The notes: generated by a model not told the origin, from the letters alone. A DNA stretch of 64,000 bases from Tepidisphaera sp. (GCA_050916045.1 CP051526.1:928001-992000); one strand, 5' to 3'. Numbered from the stretch's first letter, positions 28,722-36,926 are shown. A program made the numbers and translations.

Positions 28722-28902
28722 TCTGCCCCCCCCCCGGGGCAGAATCGGGAGACGGACACACTTTCCACGGGTTGCGCTGCGCCCGCGAGGGCGCGGGCTG
28801 CGCTCCACCCGTGGCTACAACCCTGCGCCCCGTTGGGGCGAAGCATCGAGCATCCGATGCCCGTTTCGATGCTTTCCTCTGTGCCCTCCGTGCCTCTGTG
28901 GT
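28722..28902. repeat. Cluster of REP-like hairpins plus 9-bp tandem repeat
   Basis: TCTGCCCC/GGGGCAGA; CCACGGGT/ACCCGTGG enclosing GCCCGCG/CGCGGGC; CGCCCC-gtt-GGGGCG; AAGCATCGA/TCGATGCTT; then CCTCTGTGC CCTCCGTGC CTCTGTGGT. Confidence 0.7.
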
Positions 28903-29265
28903 GAACGTGCTTTGGTCTTTCCCGCGCAGCGGGTCCTGTGGGCGGCATGTCACGGCCCGGGGCTGCGGCGGTTGGCGGGTGGCACGATTGCCTTCCGGTC
29001 TTCTGGGCCTCGGTGGGGGTGGGCTTCCGTGATGGGCATGGGCGTGATGGAAAAGCGAGCGGGGGTGCCACGACCGTCCGGTTCCGCCGGGTGGTCGTGG
29101 TTGGACGACCATGACGGTTCGGGGTTCGTGAACCAGGCGTTACACAATCACGACCATTGATTCCCCTCCGGCCTTGCGGCGCTCGGCCACCTCCCCCGCC
29201 GGGGGCGGGGGAGGTGTGGTGTGCTGCTGAGGTTTGGCGAGAGGCTGCCCGAGGGAGGGGGACTC

Positions 29266-29601
29266 CTGAGGTTCGGCGGTGTGCATCGGCGCTCGGGAGG
29301 TGTACCTCAGAGGTCCGGAGGTGTGCCTCGGAGGTCCGGCGGTGTGCTGCGGAGGGGCGGAGGGGTGCAACTTTGCTCCATAAGTGTTGAGCGGAGGAGC
29401 AAAACCTTCGCAGAAAGCTCCTTCGTTGCACAACGAAGGACCTTTTTCTGCGCAGGAAGCTCCTTCGTCTCGCAACGGAGGAGCTTTTTCTTCGCGGGAA
29501 GTTCCTCCGTCTCACAGAAAAGGAGCGCAGGTGTTGAGGTTTGCTCCAAACCTCAACACCTGCGCTCCAAAATCTCTCAACGAAGGAGCTTCGTTGGCGG
29601 T
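29266..29601. repeat. Degenerate 21-bp tandem array (16 units in phase) containing a perfect 22-bp inverted repeat
   Basis: Units start every 21 nt from 29266; perfect IR at 29522-29543 / 29547-29568. Confidence 0.85.
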
Positions 29602-29694
29602 CTGGGCAGCGCGGGTGTTGCGCGAAATGACGCCCTTCCGCTTTGTCGGCCCGGTATGGCCGATCTTCTCGGGCGGGGGGTGGGGTGGGTGGGG

Positions 29695-29734
29695 GGGCAA
29701 ATTGCCAAATGGTCAAATGGCCAAATGGCCAAAT
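29695..29734. repeat. 8-bp tandem repeat x5
   Basis: GGGCAAAT TGCCAAAT GGTCAAAT GGCCAAAT GGCCAAAT. Confidence 0.85.
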
Positions 29735-29877
29735 GAAGGCGACCGGGAATCGGGAGTGGGGGAGTGGGGGGGGGCCGCCCAACGCCCGTCGATGCGGCGG
29801 GTCGTGACGCTTACCACTATCCTGTGGTGCCGTTCGGCGGGTGCCGCGTGTCCGTGCGGCGACCTTGGAGTTTGCTT

Positions 29878-30272
29878 ATGTCCACGTCCCCGACGGTCGG
29901 TGCGTTTGCGATTGTGCCGAGCAATGACTTGGCGGCTGCGGTGCCGTTCTGGGAGCGGCTGGGGTTTCAGCGTGTGGGTGGGGATGCTCAGTACATCATC
30001 ATGGAGGGGTGGGGAGGGGTGGGGGTGGGGTGCATCTGACGCAGGCTGGTCAGGGGCCCTGGCGCGTGCCGGCGGAGAACAACCCGTTCGGCGCGTTCAT
30101 CCGCACGCCGCAGGTGGCCGAGATCGCCGCTCGCGTGGACGACCTGATCATCCGCCCCGGCGGGGTGCTTCGCCATCGCGAGTGGGGCTTGTACGAAGTC
30201 GGCATCGCCGGGCCCGACGGCCTCTTGGTCCGGATCGGTTGGCCCTCAGCGTTGATCCACGCTGGCGAGTGA
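29878..30272 (+). pseudogene. VOC/glyoxalase-bleomycin-resistance family gene, frameshifted in a G-rich tract
   Basis: Frame 1: AFAIVPSNDLAAAVPFWERLGF..., stop at 30037-30039; frame 2 continues VHLTQAG...HREWGLYEVGIAGPDGLLVRIGWP. Confidence 0.8.
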
Positions 30273-30299
30273 GGCTGGCGAGTGAGGCTGGCGAGTAAG
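30261..30299. repeat. 13-bp tandem repeat x3
   Basis: GCTGGCGAGTGAG GCTGGCGAGTGAG GCTGGCGAGTAAG, overlapping the VOC stop codon. Confidence 0.9.
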
Positions 30300-30628
30300 G
30301 TCGGTAGGTTGGTCACTCGATTGGCCCGCTGGGTTGGTCGCCCTGGTCGCGGTTGCCGCGCAGAGGTCTGAAGCCGCGATCATCGCCAACCGGACCTCCG
30401 ACCCCGGCCCCTTTTCGCCGCGCCCCACCCCCACCCCCACCCCCCCAAAAAAACGTGTTGACCCAGCGGGCCATGGAGACGGCGGCCCTCGCACATCAGA
30501 AGTTGGTGCCGCCCTCGCCCGCCTTGAACTCGGTTTCTCGCGGCGGTGCAGAAACTCGGGCGGGAGGTCATGGTCAGAGAGTTGAGCGCGGCGGGGTCCA
30601 TGGGGCCGTTGTCTACACTGATGCAGCC

Positions 30629-31045
30629 ATGCCGTCTCCCGCGCCGTCAGCCAAGCAGGTCTTCCCGCCGGTGATGCGACGCGGGCTGTGGTGGCTTCTT
30701 GGTCTGACGGCATTCATGGGACTGGGCGCGGTCGCGTGGGTCGTGCTTCGGGGACCGCTCGGTGTGCCGCGTGGGTTCGCGTACCGCTACGGCGCGCTGT
30801 TTCTGGGCCTGCCCCCGGTCGTGGTGCTCTTGCCGTGGTGGTTTTTCCGCACGCGGTCCATCCGAAAGGCGTTGCTGGAGTCCGAGGGTCGTCTGTGCAC
30901 ACACTGCGCGTACGACGTTTCCACGCTCGATCCCTCGGGCATCTGCCCCGAATGCGGCAATGCGTACGACATCGAGAAGGACAAAGTGCTTTGGGAAGCC
31001 GTGGGCGCGCGGTACGGAGATGACCGCGACACCAAGGCCCCGTAG
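30629..31045 (+). CDS. Two-TM membrane protein with C-terminal zinc ribbon
   Basis: Two hydrophobic segments then LCTHCAYDVSTLDPSGICPECG. Confidence 0.8.
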   Translation: MPSPAPSAKQVFPPVMRRGLWWLLGLTAFMGLGAVAWVVLRGPLGVPRGFAYRYGALFLGLPPVVVLLPWWFFRTRSIRKALLESEGRLCTHCAYDVSTLDPSGICPECGNAYDIEKDKVLWEAVGARYGDDRDTKAP

Positions 31046-31089
31046 CGCCCCGGTTGCGGCATCCGTTGCTCGCTCGGTACGATGCATTC

Positions 31090-31515
31090 ATGCTCTCGCG
31101 CCTGCACGTGCTGTTTGCTCCCGGCCCGCCGATGCTGATGCGGGGGCGGAAGTGGCTGCTCTTCGCGACCGTCGCGTGCTTTGTGATCGCGGGAACATAC
31201 ATGGTCCTGGACGATCCGCTCAACCTCCCGCACCGGCGTTGGTGGAAGCGTGCAGCGGTCGGCGTTGCCTTGTTTCCCATCGTCGTCCTGCAACCGCTGT
31301 GGGTGTATCGCACGCGGCATCTCAGCCGCCTTGCGAAGGAGACCCAGGGATGCCTTTGTGCCAACTGCGCGTACGACGTTTCCACGCTGGACCCGGCAGG
31401 CACCTGTCCGGAGTGCGGCAAGGCCTACGACATCGCTTGCGATGCGCCGCTGTGGAACTCGTTTGTCGAGAGCGGCCCGTGGGGCCCGGCCCGGAGGCCG
31501 CACCCGCCGAAGTAA
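31090..31515 (+). CDS. Two-TM membrane protein with C-terminal zinc ribbon (tandem paralog)
   Basis: LCANCAYDVSTLDPAGTCPECG; DNA similarity to the upstream gene over the zinc ribbon. Confidence 0.8.
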   Translation: MLSRLHVLFAPGPPMLMRGRKWLLFATVACFVIAGTYMVLDDPLNLPHRRWWKRAAVGVALFPIVVLQPLWVYRTRHLSRLAKETQGCLCANCAYDVSTLDPAGTCPECGKAYDIACDAPLWNSFVESGPWGPARRPHPPK

Positions 31516-31733
31516 GTCCCCCACGCCGGCGGGTGGCACCGGTCGCGAGACGAGACAAGGCGCGCCACCGATCGGCGGTTCCTCCGGCGATCGGTGGCGA
31601 TGAGACTTGCCCTTCGGTTCTCGGGTGTGGCACGAACGCGGTCTGCACGGCCTGTGAGCGCCACGAGTCTCACCTGTGGTGGGGGAGAGGATGGACGGGG
31701 TGGCGGTCATCGATCATGGGTCGGGGCTTGTAC

Positions 31734-31943
31734 GGTCGTTGCGGCGGTCGGCACGATGATTCCCGCTCGGCGCACGGGCGTTGCCGCTGCCGACACAAGC
31801 GTTGCCGCGACCGTCACAAGCGTTGCCGCTGCCGACATGACGATTGCCGCTCGGGGCACAACGACCTTGTCGGCCGTCACAAGGGCTTTGTCGGCCGACA
31901 CAAGGGCTTTGTCGGCCGACATGACGACCTTGTCGGGAGGCAT
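31734..31943. repeat. Degenerate 21-bp tandem array (10 units in phase)
   Basis: e.g. AAGCGTTGCCGCGACCGTCAC / AAGCGTTGCCGCTGCCGACAT / AAGGGCTTTGTCGGCCGACAC / AAGGGCTTTGTCGGCCGACAT. Confidence 0.9.
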
Positions 31944-32048
31944 TTTCGGGCGTTCGCGTGGAAAAACCGCTCTGGGAGCGTGCCAGAGCGGGTAGGGGAG
32001 TGGGGGAGGGCTGGGAGCGGGGGATTTGGGGGGGTGTGGGGGTGGGGG

Positions 32049-33515
32049 TTAGGGCCAGAGGGTGCGGCGGATTTCGGCGAAGGAGCTTTGGCGCAGGAAC
32101 TGCCCATCCCGCCAGACGGGGGTCAGGAGCGATGCGGCTTCCTGGGCGGGGGTGGCTCGCTCGACCACGCGGAGGCTGGTGCTCGCGGCGGCGCTGTCGC
32201 GGACGACCGCGAGTCTGCCGGTGGCGGAGAATTTGGTGCCGCTGTCGGTGATGGGCTTCTTGAAGAGGTCGCGGCCGGTGCCGCCGACGTCCGCCCATGT
32301 TGCTTTCATCGCAAAGCCGTAGGTGTCGCGGGTGACATATTGGTAGGAATACGAGCCCACGCCGAAGACCATGTTGGTGGAGGCGAAGCCCTTGGCGGCG
32401 AGGCGCTGGCAGATCGCTTCGGCACGCTCGAAGGTGATCGCATCGCCGTAGATCACGCCCACGTGCGGGTCGAGCTGGCGGTGGCCGGTCGAGGTGGTGG
32501 TTCCGCCGAAGACATCCCAGAGCAGTTCGACCACGCCCTTTTTCGCCGGGCCCTCCTTCTCCGGGTCGCCGCAGACGATGAGCGTCGGGTCGCCCGAGTC
32601 GGGGCGGATCACGACCTTGCCTTCGCGGGCCATGATGCGCGGCTTGAGCGCGGGGAGGATCGAGGTGCAGACGTTCCAGAGGTCCCAGGTGTCGGAGACG
32701 ATCGAGACGATGCCCGAGGGGTAGAGCCCGAGGATGTGCTCGAAGGTGTCGCGCTCGCTTCGCTCGCCGCCGGCGGACATGACGGAGTGTTCGGTCGCGG
32801 CGACGGAGCCGCCGATGAGGCCGTTGCCCCTTCCGGGTTCGCGGGCGGGGTAGTACCGCTCGATGAACTCGATCGCGGGGATCGTGTCGGTGCCGGTGAA
32901 GGAGAGGAGGTGGCCCGCGCCCGAGAGGCACGCGGCTTCGGGGCCGGGCATGCCGCGCATCGAGAAGTCGTGGCCCTGCCAGGGAACGAAGTTCGGGTCC
33001 CCGCCGGTCTTCGCGGCGGCCTGGTTGAGGAGCGTGCGGAGGCGGTAGGCGCTGGTCGCGGAGGTGCACGGCATCCAGAGCACCGAGGAGATCAGCGTCT
33101 CGAAGTAGTTCACGAGCCAGCCGAAGCCCTCGTGCGTGTTCTCGACCGTGAGCATCGGGACGCGGAGCGGGCAGAGCGTCCCTTCGGGCAGGGCGCGGAA
33201 CTCAAGCGGCAGGTGGCCGAGCTCGTGCAGGTCACGGATGTGGCCCGTGCCGATCTGGTTGGGCCCGAGGTAGGAGTTGACGCGGCCGAGGTACGAGGCG
33301 CAGACGTCCTCGGGCGGCCGGCCGAAGAACTCGCGGTTCATCTCGTCCACGAGGTAACGCTGCAGGAAAGCCTGCAGGCCGAAGAAGACCACGCGGTCCT
33401 GGCCGGGGACACGGGAGGAACGCGGGGTCCAGTTGGAATAGACGCGGCGCGTGTCCTCGGGGTACTGGCGGCGATGGTCGAGCTTGTATCCGTCGATGAG
33501 CGTGATGGGGTTCAT
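32049..33515 (-). CDS. nadV: Nicotinamide phosphoribosyltransferase-family enzyme (NadV/Nampt; possibly Namat-type)
   Basis: DGYKLDH..QYP....VYSNWTPRS, HDFSMRG, FTGTDTIPA, SVAATEHSVM, SIVSDTWD, VIRPDSGDP, IYGDAIT, TRDTYGFAMKAT, K.P.TD. Confidence 0.92.
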   Translation of the reverse strand: MNPITLIDGYKLDHRRQYPEDTRRVYSNWTPRSSRVPGQDRVVFFGLQAFLQRYLVDEMNREFFGRPPEDVCASYLGRVNSYLGPNQIGTGHIRDLHELGHLPLEFRALPEGTLCPLRVPMLTVENTHEGFGWLVNYFETLISSVLWMPCTSATSAYRLRTLLNQAAAKTGGDPNFVPWQGHDFSMRGMPGPEAACLSGAGHLLSFTGTDTIPAIEFIERYYPAREPGRGNGLIGGSVAATEHSVMSAGGERSERDTFEHILGLYPSGIVSIVSDTWDLWNVCTSILPALKPRIMAREGKVVIRPDSGDPTLIVCGDPEKEGPAKKGVVELLWDVFGGTTTSTGHRQLDPHVGVIYGDAITFERAEAICQRLAAKGFASTNMVFGVGSYSYQYVTRDTYGFAMKATWADVGGTGRDLFKKPITDSGTKFSATGRLAVVRDSAAASTSLRVVERATPAQEAASLLTPVWRDGQFLRQSSFAEIRRTLWP

Positions 33516-34363
33516 GAAGCGATCCTCCTTCGCATGGCGGCGGCGGCGAGGCCGTGGACCTGGGTGCGGTGGACGCTCGCGGGCGGGATGCTCGCGAGCG
33601 GGAACGAGTCGGTGGTGTGGATGCGGTCAAAGCGAGCGAGCAGAGCGTCAAAGCCCTTGGAGAAGATCCCGTGCGAGACCCAGAGATCGAGCTTGGTGGC
33701 GGCATCGGGCTTGATCGCTTCGGCGAGGCCGATGAAGGTCGCGCCGCCGTCGCAGATGTCGTCGACGACGAGATAGCGACCGGCGGTCGGGAGCGGGTCG
33801 CACTGGAAGCCCGTGAGGGCGCCGGTCCGCGTGTTGCGGGCTTTGCGAGCGTGGACCACCGTGTCGATGTTCAGGGCCCGCGCTGCGGCGTGGACACGCT
33901 TCTCCGCTCCGGCGTCGGGGACGATGAAGCCCGCGTAGCCGCGCACGTCGGGCATCGCCTGGTGCCCGTGGATGATCTCGACATCGAGGCACGCGGCGAG
34001 GACGTCCGAGTGAGGGTCGAGGGTCACGATGACGTCGAGACTGAGGCGTTTGAGGGCTTCGGTGTAGATCGTGAGGGTGAAGGGCGTGCCCGGCTGGCGG
34101 CGGTCCTGGCGAGCGGCGGGGAAGTAGGGGAGGAAGAGCCCAAGCCGTTTCGGGCGACAGGCCCGCACCGCGTCGAGCACGGCGAGGGTGCGGAGGAATC
34201 CGTCGGCGGTGGCGAGTCGAGCATCGACCCAGAGGTAGCGGTCGGCGATCGTCGCGGGGTCGAGTTGTACGTGCGGCTCGCCGCCCGAGAAGGTAAACGG
34301 GGAGCAAGGGAGGTCCTCGCGTTCGCCGGCGTAGACGTCGTGGAGCGTGATTCGATCGTTCAT
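33512..34363 (-). CDS. Short divergent ribose-phosphate pyrophosphokinase-family enzyme (Prs-like; possibly Adps-type)
   Basis: FSGGE, PYFPAARQDR, DPHSDV, PDAGA.K, K.R...TG.L, VVDDICDGGATF, HGIFSKG; overlaps the nampt start (ATGA). Confidence 0.9.
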   Translation of the reverse strand: MNDRITLHDVYAGEREDLPCSPFTFSGGEPHVQLDPATIADRYLWVDARLATADGFLRTLAVLDAVRACRPKRLGLFLPYFPAARQDRRQPGTPFTLTIYTEALKRLSLDVIVTLDPHSDVLAACLDVEIIHGHQAMPDVRGYAGFIVPDAGAEKRVHAAARALNIDTVVHARKARNTRTGALTGFQCDPLPTAGRYLVVDDICDGGATFIGLAEAIKPDAATKLDLWVSHGIFSKGFDALLARFDRIHTTDSFPLASIPPASVHRTQVHGLAAAAMRRRIAS

Positions 34364-34374
34364 GGAAATCTCCT

Positions 34375-35136
34375 TCAGCGAGAGGCTTTGGGCTTGTATC
34401 GGTAGAGCTCCGCGGGTCGGTGCTCGACGGCGGATTCGAGAGTTCCGGTGGCGTGGAGCTCGCCGGTGGCGAGCATGCGGCGGCGGAAGGAGTCCTTGTT
34501 CAGCTTTCCGCCGAGAATCGTCTCGTGGACGTCCTGCAACTGTCGGAGCGTGAATTCCCGGCCAAGCAGTTCATAGCCGATGGGCGTGTACGCCAGCTTG
34601 CCGCGGAGGCGTTTAACGGCGAGGCCGAGGATCTCGGAGTGGTCGAAAGCGAGTGGCAGTGTGTCGTCGGCGCTGTCGAGAGCTTCGGCCGGGCCGCCCG
34701 TCTCGCCCTTCCAGGCGGTCTTGAGGCGGGCGATGAGCTTGTCGTGCTCGCCTTCGCCCAAGGCTGCTTTCAGGCGTGCGGGTTCGACCAACGCCACATA
34801 AGCCACTGAGATGACGCGCGTTCGCGGATCTCGGGAAGGGAGGCCGAAGGTGTAGAGCTGTTCAAGAAAGACGCCGGCTAGACCGGCTTTGTCGCGAAGC
34901 ACTCGCTCGCACGTGGCTTCGAGAGACTCGGCAGGACCGACGAAACCTCCGGGGAGGGACCAGCGTCCTTTGAAGGGGTGGTCTCCGCGTTTGGTGAGCA
35001 GGACGCGGAGTTCGTGATCGCGAACGGTGAGGAGTACGAGATCGACCGCGACGCTGGGGCGAGGAAACTGGTCGGGGTCGTAGCTTGCAAGGAAGGCAGC
35101 TTCGTCGGTCGCGGGTTGGGCATGGCTGCGGGGCAT
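34375..35136 (-). CDS. nrtR: NrtR: Nudix-related transcriptional regulator
   Basis: PSVAVD, WSLPGGFV...E with degenerate Nudix box RVLRDKAGL, LEQLYTF...RDPRTRVISVAY, LAFDH, wHTH FTL..LQ...E.IL......FRR...RPAELY. Confidence 0.93.
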   Translation of the reverse strand: MPRSHAQPATDEAAFLASYDPDQFPRPSVAVDLVLLTVRDHELRVLLTKRGDHPFKGRWSLPGGFVGPAESLEATCERVLRDKAGLAGVFLEQLYTFGLPSRDPRTRVISVAYVALVEPARLKAALGEGEHDKLIARLKTAWKGETGGPAEALDSADDTLPLAFDHSEILGLAVKRLRGKLAYTPIGYELLGREFTLRQLQDVHETILGGKLNKDSFRRRMLATGELHATGTLESAVEHRPAELYRYKPKASR

Positions 35137-35147
35137 GGCACCTCTTC

Positions 35148-35185
35148 GATGCGACGAGCATATATGCATGACGCATCTATGTCAA
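35148..35185 (-). promoter_or_regulatory. sigma70 promoter of nrtR operon with overlapping palindromic operator candidate
   Basis: TTGACA (35185-35180) - 17 bp - TATGCT (35162-35157); 30-bp imperfect palindrome GATGCGacgaGCATATATGCatgaCGCATC at 35148-35177. Confidence 0.7.
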
Positions 35186-35486
35186 GTCGCCCGGATCACG
35201 GTTTCTTGCCGAGCGGGTGGCCCGGGCGATCTCAGTGCGAGCGAGCTTGGGCGTGGTGGCAATTTGAATCCACCGGCCCCGGTAGGGCGGGGCGGATTTG
35301 GTCCGCACTTATGGGAACGGCCGCGATGTGGCCGCTCGAAACGCGATACGCCTGTTTAGGTAATTCTCTGGTTCTGCAACAAACGTCCGATCAGAGCGTT
35401 GAATAGGCTGCGGGGGGCTGAGGGCTCCGGGTGCCTGTGCGCTCGTGGGGTTTTGGTTGGTCCTTTTCTTGAACTGGAGATTCGGC

Positions 35487-36875
35487 ATGCTCAGGACGCT
35501 TGTGGCTGGTTGTGTGAAGGGTGCGGGTCGGATGGTGATGGCCGCGGGGCTGGCGGTGGCCGCGATCGCGGTGACCGTGCCCACGACGCAGGTCATGGCT
35601 CAGCCGGGTGGTGGCATGGGCATGTGGGGCATGTTCGGCGGCGGCATGGGCGGCGGGCGCGGGCAGGGGATGGACCCCTCCTACACCTCGCGCGACCTGG
35701 ACCGGGCGGGCGAGATGCTCGGCTTTGACGCGTCGCAGAAGGAAGCCGCCAAGACCTTCCTCGACAGCTACCAGACCTCCTTCACGGAAGAGTCCGCCAA
35801 GTTCCAGAAAGCCATGGAGAAAGCCCGCGAGGCTTTCCGTGAAGATCAGGACCCCTCCGCGTGGGACGGCGTCCGCAAGGCCGGCGAAGAACTCGCCGCC
35901 GCCCGCAAGAAGCTCGACGCCGAGTTCGTCGAGAACCTCCAGGCCGTCTGCAACGACGATCAGAAAGCCAAGTGGCCCAAGTACGAGCGCACCCAGCGCC
36001 GCGAGGCCGGGCTTGAGAACGGCGCGTTCCTCTCCGGCGAGCGCGTCAACGTCATCACGATCCTCGACAAGATGGAACTCTCGACCGAGGTCAAGGGCAG
36101 CCTCGCGGGCGTGATCGACCAGTACGAGACGGACCTGGACCGCGAGCTCGTCAACCGCCAGAAGGTGCAGGAAGAGCTGCGGACGGACGCTCAGAAGATC
36201 TTTGGGAACATGCGCGGGATGCGCGACCTGCAGAACCTGGACACGACCAAGATCGATGAACTGATCACCAAGGGCCGCGACGCCAGCGTCCGCGTCCGCG
36301 ACGTGAACAACAAGTACGCCAAGCAGATCGAGGGGATGCTCCCCGTCGACAGCCGCGCGGCGTTCTCCGAAGAGGTCAAGAAGGCGAGCTTCCCCGAGGT
36401 CTACCGCCAGACGCGGACGGCCCGGTCGCTCGAAGCGGCGATGGGGTTCGGCGATCTGACGGCGGACCAGAAGACGCAGATCGAAGCGATCAAGACCAAG
36501 TACTCGGCCGACCTTGTGCCGATGAACGAGAAGATGGCCGAGGCGCAGGCCAAGACCGAGATGGAGCTCAACGCCGAGAAGATGATGAACTTCATGGACC
36601 AGGACAACCCGGTCAATGAGCTTCGCCGCAAGAAGCGCGAGCTTGGCAGCGCGGCGGATGAGAGCCTCAAGAAGATCCTGACTGAGGATCAGGTCAAGCG
36701 TCTGCCGGCGGATCAGGGCGGCGATGGCGATCGTCGCGGTCGGGGCGGCCCGGGTGGTGGCGGGGGCGGTGGCGATGCAGGCCCGCGTCGTCCCAACGGC
36801 GGCGGGGCTGACAACGGCGGTGGCGGCCGTCGTGGTGGAGGAGGCGGTGGCGGCGGTGGTGGTGGTGGCTTCTAA
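35487..36875 (+). CDS. Secreted all-helical protein with multiple LTxxQ (Spy/CpxP-like) motifs and Gly-rich tail
   Basis: Signal peptide; GFDASQK, CNDDQK, DLTADQK, ILTEDQ. Confidence 0.75.
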   Translation: MLRTLVAGCVKGAGRMVMAAGLAVAAIAVTVPTTQVMAQPGGGMGMWGMFGGGMGGGRGQGMDPSYTSRDLDRAGEMLGFDASQKEAAKTFLDSYQTSFTEESAKFQKAMEKAREAFREDQDPSAWDGVRKAGEELAAARKKLDAEFVENLQAVCNDDQKAKWPKYERTQRREAGLENGAFLSGERVNVITILDKMELSTEVKGSLAGVIDQYETDLDRELVNRQKVQEELRTDAQKIFGNMRGMRDLQNLDTTKIDELITKGRDASVRVRDVNNKYAKQIEGMLPVDSRAAFSEEVKKASFPEVYRQTRTARSLEAAMGFGDLTADQKTQIEAIKTKYSADLVPMNEKMAEAQAKTEMELNAEKMMNFMDQDNPVNELRRKKRELGSAADESLKKILTEDQVKRLPADQGGDGDRRGRGGPGGGGGGGDAGPRRPNGGGADNGGGGRRGGGGGGGGGGGGF

Positions 36876-36890
36876 GGGTTGAAGTCGAAC

Positions 36891-36926
36891 ACCGGACCGG
36901 GCAAACGCCCGGTCCGGTTTGTTTTT
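36891..36926 (+). terminator. Rho-independent terminator
   Basis: ACCGGACCGGGC-aaac-GCCCGGTCCGGT-ttgttttt. Confidence 0.85.

Noticed and set aside
28637..29782. 381-aa Arg-rich minus-strand ORF
   Set aside because: Reads through hairpins and stop-poor repeats; no RBS or domain evidence, so not called as a CDS.
29266..31943. 21-bp arrays as CRISPR
   Set aside because: No constant repeat separated by unique spacers, and no cas genes.
30762..33776. 1004-aa plus-strand ORF
   Set aside because: Spans real genes in other frames, a repeat array and the antisense of nampt; no coherent domain.
36720..36872. GGC/GGT-rich repeat
   Set aside because: Simply encodes the Gly-rich tail of the 35487-36875 protein.
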